Positions 52,114 through 60,894 of a DNA stretch of 64,000 bases are shown here, piece after piece. Position numbers and translations under genes: made by a program. The DNA is from Neophaeotheca triangularis (Eukaryota), in assembly GCA_054600435.1 (NCBI GenBank), contig BAAIJX010000020.1, forward strand, positions 310,001-374,000. Reading direction: 5' to 3'. The first letter of the stretch is position 1; each line of letters begins with the position of its first letter. The notes beneath the pieces were generated by a model. That model saw only the letters and a list, made by a program, of their open reading frames with translations, did no database searches and was not told where the DNA came from.

Positions 52114-53193
52114 TCAAAGCTGTGCCCTTCCCAGTGGAGCTCCAGTCTCACTCTCGCTCGCTTCCTGTACCGGCTTCTTGGAAAACGAAAACTCCCTATC
52201 GATCATCGCCCGTCCCGCAGCTGCTCTCAGAGCAAGCTTTTGGGGACATTGTGGACTACTGTCAGTCAGATCTCGATGGAAGATCTCTGAGCTGACCCAT
52301 CCGCTGTACTTCTTTTCTTCGAAGAGTACCTTGAGGATGGCATGCACCGGGAGATAGCCGCCCCGGTTCTGCTCGCCGTAGAAGAGACGACAATTCCGCG
52401 ACCAGCTCATGCGTGGGGGCTGGGAAGCCTCATAAAACTCGTTGCCCTCGACCAGCGGCTGCGGAAGGTATTCGGCGTCCGCGATCTGGATGTAGACAAT
52501 CTTGTCAACGTCAACATCGTCGGTCAGTCGACGCATAGAGCTGTCAAAGTCCACTTGGCCGTCGGGGTTGCGCCTATCGCTTGCAGCGGGATCTGCGTAA
52601 ACGCGGCCGGCCATGTTGAAGGTATCAAGGCACAGACCAAAATTCGCACGATCCACAGCCTTCACAATCTCCCACGATTTCTCCCACGTATCAACATACG
52701 TCCCCCAAGCCAGAGCTTCGTAAGCAAACCAAATTTCTGGATCCAAATCCGCCACTTCTCGTAAATCGCCGACAATCAGCTCCATATCCCCACTCGCCTC
52801 GGATTCCTGGAGGAAAGTAGAAGGGATAGCGATAACGTTTGCGCCCAAAATCCTGCACATCCGAACCCACAGATTCATTTCCTCCACTCTGCGGCCGTGC
52901 TCTCGGCGGTCCCTCAGCCCTTCGTAATGCATGAAAGGTTGCAAGCACATGACTGTAAGACCTCGTTCGTCGCACAACGAGCGCACAGCTCGCGCGGCAT
53001 CAATCATCTGGTCCGCTTCTGGGATTGTCGATTGGTCGTTTATTCCTGCTAGTCTTCGAGCAAAATAGAGTAGGTCTTCATAGAAGAGTTCAATATCTAA
53101 GCCGTGGAGGGCAGCTTGGTCCAGTTTGCTTTCTAGGCTGTGCACCCAGGCTCTGCCTAATGAGTGGGAGCATATCGCTGATTGGCAAGGCAT
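52114..53193 (-). CDS. qutC: 3-dehydroshikimate dehydratase QutC/QA-4-like (xylose isomerase-like TIM barrel)
   Basis: SLGR...HSL..KL..A, IELFYEDL, LQPF..YEG, YEALAWGT, GLCLDTFN, QIADAE and RMSWSRNCRLF. Confidence 0.85.
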   Translation of the reverse strand: MPCQSAICSHSLGRAWVHSLESKLDQAALHGLDIELFYEDLLYFARRLAGINDQSTIPEADQMIDAARAVRSLCDERGLTVMCLQPFMHYEGLRDRREHGRRVEEMNLWVRMCRILGANVIAIPSTFLQESEASGDMELIVGDLREVADLDPEIWFAYEALAWGTYVDTWEKSWEIVKAVDRANFGLCLDTFNMAGRVYADPAASDRRNPDGQVDFDSSMRRLTDDVDVDKIVYIQIADAEYLPQPLVEGNEFYEASQPPRMSWSRNCRLFYGEQNRGGYLPVHAILKVLFEEKKYSGWVSSEIFHRDLTDSSPQCPQKLALRAAAGRAMIDREFSFSKKPVQEASESETGAPLGRAQL

Positions 53194-53525
53194 TTGCTTG
53201 GCAGATGCCTGTCGTCGATGGGTTTGCAGATGTGAGAGCTGGCCTCTCGAACGGTGGCGAGGGAGACAGTTGAGCTTTGTAGTCTGGTCAAGCGTGTAAT
53301 ACGAAGTAAATCGATCCGTTGTAGGGTCTTGATCGACTGCCGCACAAGATGAAAGCATCAGAGTATATGTCTCCAATCTAAAAAGGTACGAACCGACCAG
53401 TTGCGTTGGCACATCTAGTCAAATACGCTTCTCCGAGATTACTCGATCAAGACAGGCGGAGGAGAACACTGACCCGGTTGCTAGCCATGTTACTGCTCGA
53501 CGACCCGCCAAGCTCTCGAAGAACC

Positions 53526-53541
53526 GGATGAGACTTTACCC
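53526..53541. promoter_or_regulatory. Candidate QA-1F/QutA binding site GGATGAGACTTTACCC
   Basis: 13/16 match to GGRTAARYRYTTAYCC, about 330 bp upstream of the qutC-like ATG. Confidence 0.55.
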
Positions 53542-53559
53542 AGTGCACTCGCTTACGGC

Positions 53560-53765
53560 CCACCTTGCTTAAATAGCTTGATATTAAGGATATACTACTA
53601 AGTTTATTCTTTATAGCTATGGAGTGTAAAGTGTAAAGTCTACTAGAGAGGCCTAGTAGAGATACCTAAGGTACTACACCGTCTCTACTAATCACGTGTC
53701 TAGCACGTGTCTAGTAATCACGTGTAGCAACTACAGTCATAACAGTTACTTCTAACCTTACATTT
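53560..53765. repeat. AT/TpA-rich patch with short inverted repeats and three CACGTG boxes; possible RIPed TE/MITE remnant
   Basis: TAGTAGAGA/TCTCTACTA inverted repeat, GTGTAAA duplication, and CACGTG at 53693, 53704 and 53719. Confidence 0.4.
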
Positions 53766-53963
53766 CCGTATATGTACCCGTACCTGTACTTATCTCCGCT
53801 TCTTTATCCTTCCCCCACGTCTCCGCACATTACGTCGGCAAATTGTCCGATTCTCCGGAGTCCTAGCAAAGACATTCGACCTCTCTAGCTGCGTCCCACT
53901 CACAACCTCCGAGAATCGCACTCGCATCACCACCACAAGACGTCTAAAGTAGTTCCGGCGACG

Positions 53964-56057
53964 ATGGATGGATATAATCTGCCGGTGGAAAATCTCGATT
54001 CAGGCACCACTGTAGAGTCGATAGGCTCTTCTGCGAACAATGACGATAGACCGGCTGGACTCCATAAACCAGGACCCATCCGTGCTACTGGTGGTGCGGG
54101 AAGGAAGTCACGAGCATGCACAGCTTGCAAGCAGCTCAAAATGAAATGTGAAGTACCTGAAGGATCTCGTAGATGTACTCGATGCGAAAAGCGCGACCTC
54201 GACTGCCGGCTGGCTAGAGGCGTAACCAACCGACACATGCTGCCTTCGGAACATGAACGGAAGATGAACGAGATGTGCGAAGCTGTAGGTCAACTACAGC
54301 AGACCATGAACCTTTTGCTCCAGCAAAAGTATGGTCCGTCACTAAATGCACCACGCGAAAGGTCTGGGCCTTCGATCTCGCCCCGCTCGGTAGTGAGCAA
54401 TCAAGCCTCTGCTCAGCGGTCGCTGGATTTTACGCGAATGGCTATGACTAGAGAGAACTCCCCCGAGGCAACGAATCAAGATCAATCAGGACAGCACTCC
54501 GTACTGGTCACGGAGCCTATGGGAAGCCTCTACGAGATCACAAGGCTAAGGAATCTCAGAAGCAATCAGTCAAAGGTTGCTAGGCCTGCGGGGCAGCGTG
54601 AGCAAGAAGACGACTTCATCTCACGTGGTGTGATAGATGGTGCCGAAGCCGAGGATCTTTTTCAACATTTCCTCGAGTCACTGAACCACTACTTATGGAT
54701 CGGACTGGAAGAGATTCATCCTACTCTCAATTCCGTCCGAAAGTCGTCTTCGCTGCTGACCGCAACGATCTTGACTGTGACAGCTCTGCACAGGCCAACT
54801 AGTGTTGTCACCTTTGACAATTGTTACACGGAATTTCTCGCACTAGTCTCATCATCAATGTTCGACCGCTATCATTCCGTCGACGACGTGAGGGGCTTGT
54901 GCATAGCGGCGTTCTGGCTATCCGACGTGTCCTGGAAATTGTGCGGCCATGCGATTCGGATAGCGACAGAGTTAAACATACATCAATCTTTCTACCGCGC
55001 ACTCGATGGCGACCGTGATCATTTCTTACGGGCCCGGCTCTGGTATATGTTGTACGTTTGCGATCACCACTTCAGCATTGCCTATGGACGTCCTCCCACC
55101 ATTAGCGAAAGCCTTCAGATCCGTGAGCATGAGCTTTTCTTGCAGAGCCCGCTCGCCGGCCCGCTAGATATGCGAATCCTGTCGCAAGTATCGCTTTTCC
55201 AGATCCTCACCAAAGTACATGAACGCTTCGCTGAACAGCGACTACCACATCAGCCCGGACTTGCACTTTTGCCAGAGAGCGCATTCTCCGAGCTTCGCCA
55301 ATTCAATCTGGAGATCGATCAATGGCGCATACACTGGCAAGTTCGTCAAGTTGACAATGCATACATCGGCGCCTTTCCGCCCATGGGCAATGTGCTTTAC
55401 TCGTACTTTGCGAAATTACAACTCAACTCCCTCGCTGTTCGAGGCATTAGCAAAAGTCAAGGTAGCCTTTCTACCGAGCGCAAGGAATTTGCCAACATGG
55501 CAGTGTCAGCCGCAACGAGCGTTCTTACCTACATTCTCGATGAGCCAGATCTTAGGAGATGTCTAGTCGGCACACCTCTTTACGTCCACACGATGATAGC
55601 TTTCGCCTCTGTTTTCCTAATGAAAATGGCGCCGAGGGGCAGAGCAATGGGCGTGCAGCTCGAAATCGAATTTGTATGGAACTTGATTGATCGAATGATC
55701 CACTTGCTGCAGTCCAGCATCACGAGCGATCGACACCTGCTGTATTACATAGCCGCTGGATTAAACAACATGCTTACCAAGCTGAAAGAGACGAGTGTCC
55801 CGGCGCCTACCTGTTCACAGTTTGATGACGCCGGACAGTCTTCAAGAGGCCAAGTCGAGTCCTTCGTTCCGCCGGCAGGTACTTCGTACCGCGCAGACTG
55901 GCAACAATACTTGCCAGAGACCCAGGATGGGACGCTTCTGGAGCAAGATGTTTTAGATGGCAACCACATATACGAGGCTTTCGGGAGCGAGCCAGCTGGT
56001 GGGGTCTACAATCTGCTAGCCAATCAATTCTCGTACCTGGACGGTCTTCAATTCTAG
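53964..56057 (+). CDS. Zn2Cys6 fungal-specific transcription factor
   Basis: RACTACKQLKMKC........C.RC......C zinc cluster and middle-homology region (RARLWYMLYVCDHHFSIAYGRP). Confidence 0.92.
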   Translation: MDGYNLPVENLDSGTTVESIGSSANNDDRPAGLHKPGPIRATGGAGRKSRACTACKQLKMKCEVPEGSRRCTRCEKRDLDCRLARGVTNRHMLPSEHERKMNEMCEAVGQLQQTMNLLLQQKYGPSLNAPRERSGPSISPRSVVSNQASAQRSLDFTRMAMTRENSPEATNQDQSGQHSVLVTEPMGSLYEITRLRNLRSNQSKVARPAGQREQEDDFISRGVIDGAEAEDLFQHFLESLNHYLWIGLEEIHPTLNSVRKSSSLLTATILTVTALHRPTSVVTFDNCYTEFLALVSSSMFDRYHSVDDVRGLCIAAFWLSDVSWKLCGHAIRIATELNIHQSFYRALDGDRDHFLRARLWYMLYVCDHHFSIAYGRPPTISESLQIREHELFLQSPLAGPLDMRILSQVSLFQILTKVHERFAEQRLPHQPGLALLPESAFSELRQFNLEIDQWRIHWQVRQVDNAYIGAFPPMGNVLYSYFAKLQLNSLAVRGISKSQGSLSTERKEFANMAVSAATSVLTYILDEPDLRRCLVGTPLYVHTMIAFASVFLMKMAPRGRAMGVQLEIEFVWNLIDRMIHLLQSSITSDRHLLYYIAAGLNNMLTKLKETSVPAPTCSQFDDAGQSSRGQVESFVPPAGTSYRADWQQYLPETQDGTLLEQDVLDGNHIYEAFGSEPAGGVYNLLANQFSYLDGLQF

Positions 56058-56111
56058 TATGACAAACCGCTATACAGTTGCAAACTGCGCATTCCCGTAG
56101 CTACAGCCTCA

Positions 56112-58042
56112 CTACAGGTCGTACCTGGCCACTTTACCAAGTTTTCGCCCTCCAAGCCTCCTACCGGCAGTCGTATGCTCTCCGTGGTGTTCCACGCAGG
56201 ATACATCCAGTGGCGGGCCTTTGCCGATGTCTACGTGCTCGCTGAGTTCGACGTCGCTCGCATTGCTCTCCAGCTTCTTGTTGGCCCTTCTGAGCGCTAG
56301 ACTCAGGAATGTCGTCGACACCACGATGATAACGCATAGGGCCAAATTCACAGACCATGCTGCCACCCCCTGTCAGTCTTCGCTCATGGCAAGGTTGCGA
56401 TGTTCAGCTTACCCATAGTATACCTTGGGCCGTGACTCTCCGGATAGAGATACGGCGTCCAGACTTGTGCTGAGTTTCCTATCGCATTGTTCATGGCCAG
56501 AGCAATGGCTCGCTTCTTCTGCGGTCGCGCGCTGATGTTGCTCATCCAGGCGTTGCTGATTTGGAAAGCCCCATAGGTGCCGCCTAGCATCAGGAACAAA
56601 GCGAAGTAACGAGCAGCGGTGTTCGTTGTAGCAACGGTAATGACAATACCAACGATGGCGCCCAAAACCGGAAACGTTATATGTGGCGATCGCTTCGAAG
56701 TACGATCCGAGTACCAGGTGTTCAGGATGCAGACCAAAGTCGTGAAGAGGTAAGGCTGCGTGGGTTGGTTAGTTTGGCGGGGCTAGCGGGCGACATCTCT
56801 CGCTTGACACTCCTTTTACTCACCGGAGCCGTAAGCAGGAGGCTGTTGATCGTATTGTAGCCGAAATTATTGACTAGCGTGGGTAGGAAATTGGTCAACG
56901 AAGCCACGGCCTGGAGGCAGAACTGGCCAAGTACGCAAAGCCAGACCCGGTAGTCCTTGACGGCCATCCCAAATGCAGCTTTTGTTCCGATATCTTCCTC
57001 TTCTTCGCCGGCATCCTCCATCAAACGGACAACGCCCAGCGCACGCTCGTCGTCTTTCAGCCATTTTGTCGTCGCCGGCCAGTCGGGTATCAGAAAGGCA
57101 GCCGCAGCGCCGAATACAACGGTAGCGATCCCTTCGGTGATGAACAGCCACCTGAACAGCGTTTCGCATTAGGATCGGACTCTAACTTTCGTTCATGATG
57201 AGTATAAGACGTACCTCCAGCTCGCAATGCGGTGATTCGCAAATGCCGCCGCAATGCCTGCAGCATATAGTCCGGCAAATGCACCAGATAGCATAGCGGC
57301 GCAGAAGAAAGCTCCGAGTCGCAGCCCGAGCTCCTTTCGCGTATACCAACCTAATTGAAAGCGTTAGTTGAGTCGCGTGGTCGGCGCACATGGTACCTAC
57401 CAGAGAAAAGAAAAGCCACGCCGACGAAGAATGGTGCCCTAATGAACCAAATTAGCGACTGGATATCCAGAAGCACCGAGCGGCGAGGTTGCATACTCTG
57501 TAATCCCAAGGAAGAATCGACAAGCCGCTATGCCGGCGAAGTTCTGCACGGCACCACTTAACCCAGAGACCAAACCCCACGCCACCATCCATCCGGAAAG
57601 GTAGTATCGCGGCCGTTTGACCTTGGAGAGAAGCATGTTCGACGGTACTGGTTTCATGTATCAGCACACGAGGCTAGTGAATCCAAGGCCGTCGACGTAC
57701 CTTGGAACAGGACATAGCCGATGAACGTCAGGCTAAGCACGATGTTGTACTGAACTCCTACGAGATTGATGTCATCTTCGATCCCTTGGATACGAGCCTG
57801 TGGAAGGGCGTTCCTAGGCCACCATCAGCAGACGTTGCGCGAAATTGAGGTGGTCTGGTTCTTTACCTGTCGACGTAATTCAAAATGTACATGATGAAAA
57901 GGATCGGGAGCAGCCTCAGATCAATCTTGCGGACCAGCTTCTTCTCTCGGTGCCTTCGCTCTTCCGGTGACCATGCTGCGATCTTTGACGACCATTCAAC
58001 CTCTTGGGTCATGGGAGCGTCGAAGTGATGGTCTGGACCCAT
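56112..58042 (-). CDS. MFS transporter, anion:cation symporter (Dal5/Tna1-like); about 7 introns
   Basis: EKKLVRKIDLRLLP, NYVDR, QVPSNMLL, WRWLFITEG, PD.PATTKWL and WYSDRT. Exon junctions approximate. Confidence 0.9.
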
Positions 58043-58740
58043 GGTGCTAAAAGATCTCTGACTGGTACACTTCTGATGGCTCGAGGCAAGCCTGTCTTGA
58101 ATTGGGAGGGCTGTGATTTAGTTATTCGCAAACAATGCCACTGGGGAGAATGATCTATCTCCTGGAAGGACACGAGGGAAACGGGGCTTCGTTATATCTC
58201 CAAGTACAGCACAGAGCTAGCAACCGGCCTTTCAGCGCATTTTCCGGACCCCAGTAGGCTCCTGACTGGCCTTGGCCCTGCTGACCCAAGTGTTCGAAAT
58301 AGACTCCTTGATACCTGGTCATCAAGGCACATTATACGTTACATTCTGGGTAGGTGGTCCTTGGCCCTCCGCACTGCGCTCCACAAGTTTGACCCTAGTG
58401 GAGTCGAAACGTGGAGAAGTCCAAGTCTCCATGCCGGAGGCATCGGGAAATCGGTCAATAAGCCGGAAGCATGTCAGCAACATCTACTTAGCAACGAGAA
58501 GCCGCGAATAGGTGAGCAATGCCGCTTATATTGTTCAATAAATGCCCAGTCAAATGCCCAGTCGCCGTCGGCAATCCGGCGTACTACGACCGGTCTGTTC
58601 TCGTGATGGTCGATGGCTTTTCCCCTTAACATATAAACACTGCTCGAGAACATATACAAACATTCTTTCCCAGTAACGTACCCACCATTCTACGCCTCTA
58701 GCAACAGACTATTTACAAATCGGAGAAGACTTCTACCACC

Positions 58741-60271
58741 ATGACAAGCCTTTCAACCAAGCTTGACGCCCTCGAGGCAGCTGGCAAGCCCATCCAAGTC
58801 GGCCTCATCGGTGCGGGCAAGTTTGGGTCGATGTTGTGGGTACCATACTGTAGAATCCAATATCCATCGAATGCAGGCCGCTAACAACTCGACAGCTTAT
58901 CTCAATCACATCGGAGCACTGGCATGCGTCTCGCGGCGATTGCAGACCTCTCTGCAGACCGAGCACGAGCAGCCCTGGAACGTGTTGGCTACCCTGCAGA
59001 TCGCTACGATGAAACCGGCACCATGTCTATCGAGGAAGGCATGCGAGCCGGGAAGACTGTCATCACAACCGACTCCGCGGCCTTGATCGCCACTCCGGGC
59101 ATTGATGTCGTTTTGGAAGTCACCGGATCTCCTGCCGCTGGAGTGCGCCATGTCCTACTCTGCTGCGAACACAAGAAGCACATAGTCATGGTAAACGTCG
59201 AGGCCGATGTTCTGGCTGGCCCACTACTCGTAAGGAAAGCTCGGGAAGCTGGTATCATCTACTCAATGGCGTACGGCGACCAACCAGCCCTTATTGCGGA
59301 AATGGTAGACTGGACCAGGACTGCCGGCTTTGATGTTGTGTGTGCTGGCAAGGGCACCAAGCACTTGCCGCAATTCCACCATTCGACGCCGGATACAGTC
59401 TGGTCGCATTACGGCTTTACCGAGGAGCAATTGGCGAATGGTGATTTCAACCCTCAGATGTTCAACTCGTTCCTTGACGGCACGAAAAGCGCGCTCGAGA
59501 TGTCAGCTGTTGCCAACGGTTGCGGGCTGAGTCCCCCCTCTGATGGCTTGGAATTCCCTCCTTGCGGTATTCACGACTTGCCGACCGTACTGCGGCCGAA
59601 GTCCGACGGCGGACATCTGGAGAAGAAGGGCACGGTAGAGGTCGTCTCGTCATTGGAGATCGACGGTCGTCAAGTACAAAACGACATCAGATTCGGCGTT
59701 TTCGTAGTGATCGAAGGTTAGTTTGCACGCTGTTGGGGACCTCCCCCTTTAGTTCATCAACTAACCGCTCCTAGCACCTGGCGACTACCAGCGCGAATGC
59801 TTTGCCCAGTATGGCATGAAGACAGACAGCACAGGACGTTACGCAGCTCAATCGAAACCCTACCACCTGATCGGACTCGAGCTCGGATTTTCAGTTGCCA
59901 GCATCATGTGCCGAGGCGAGCCTACCGGCCAAACGAAGACTTGGGCTGCCGACACGGTAGCAACGGCGAAACGAAATCTCAAAGCCGGGGAAAAGTTGGA
60001 TGGCGAAGGCGGCTTCATGGTCTATGGCCGCATCATGCCCGCGGAAGCTTCGCTCGCCATTGAGGGTTTGCCGATTGGCCTCGCACATGGCTTAGTGCTC
60101 AAAGAAGACGTCAAGCAAGGTCAAGGGCTTAGCTGGCAACATGTCGAATGGAGCGAGAAGAGCCAGGCAGTTGCCGTAAGGAGAGAAATGGAAGCCGTGT
60201 TCCGGAAGGAGATGAAGGGAAGTCAAGTCAACGGCCATACAAACGGCGTCAACGGCGTCAATGGCCACTAA
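58741..60271 (+). CDS. NAD-binding oxidoreductase with C-terminal SAF domain (COG4091-type 'homoserine dehydrogenase-like'); introns 58836-58895 and 59717-59774
   Basis: GKPIQVGLIGAGKFGSMF, VNVEADVLAGP, AYGDQP, AGKGTK, NPQMFNSFLDGTKS, PYHLIGLE and AKRNLKAGEKLDGEGG. Confidence 0.88.
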
Positions 60272-60317
60272 GACCACACTCATCCTGTAACGTAGAGTAG
60301 GTAAGAGCATTCCCATA

Positions 60318-60663
60318 TCATTCAAATATCGCCACTGCCCTGATTGGACTCCTACTCCTACTCCTACCCCTAAACTTTAACGGAAACCTAGCAAACCTAA
60401 ACCGCCCCTTGCCCACAACCTAATCAATACCATTCAAGCCTTCCATATACGTGATACCGCGCTTACTACAAGCATTGTGAGCGAGGAAGTTCAACTCCTC
60501 TTCGGGAGCTGGGGAGACGGCTTCTATGCCGAACATCTTGCAACCTTTATCGGCGAGCTAGTACACGCTTTCAGGTAGAGCTTACGGGAGAGGTCGGTGA
60601 TTTGAGGCTTGCGATGGGACTGCGTAGCGAGCTTTCGGGCGTGGAGGCTGCCACAGCGATTAT
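60318..60663 (-). pseudogene. Internally deleted, RIP-like mutated cyclase / kynurenine formamidase (KynB-like, PF04199-type) pseudogene
   Basis: Manual translation gives N-terminal piece ITDLSRKLY fused out of frame to PESVY*LADKGCKMFGIEAVSPAPEEELNFLAHNACSKRGITYMEGLNGID*VVGKGRFRFARFPLKFRGRSRSRSPIRAVAIFE*. The DLS and PLK..G..SP.RA.A motifs are cyclase-family hallmarks. Confidence 0.8.
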
Positions 60664-60894
60664 ATGTATTTAGTCTACCTAAAATGTTATAAATTGCCTC
60701 CTTCTATAAATTGAACTACCCCCTTGGTCAAAATTTTGCGCTGAAATTCTCACCTTAATTAGACTAAAACGCCTCGCTGTAGTCGTAGTATTGTTAATAG
60801 GCTATAAGGTTTGTAAAATGTTAAAGATGAATTTCAAAGTAATCGAGGTAGTCGACTTGTAGTCTTGTACTCATATCTACATTGTACGATATGA

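Noticed and set aside
52114..52125. C-terminal -AQL of the QutC-like enzyme as a peroxisomal PTS1
   Set aside because: Only a weak, non-canonical variant, with no supporting evidence from the sequence alone.
60340..60425. CCTAAA/CCTAC runs resembling interstitial telomere repeats
   Set aside because: Explained as mutated codons of the cyclase pseudogene on the minus strand.
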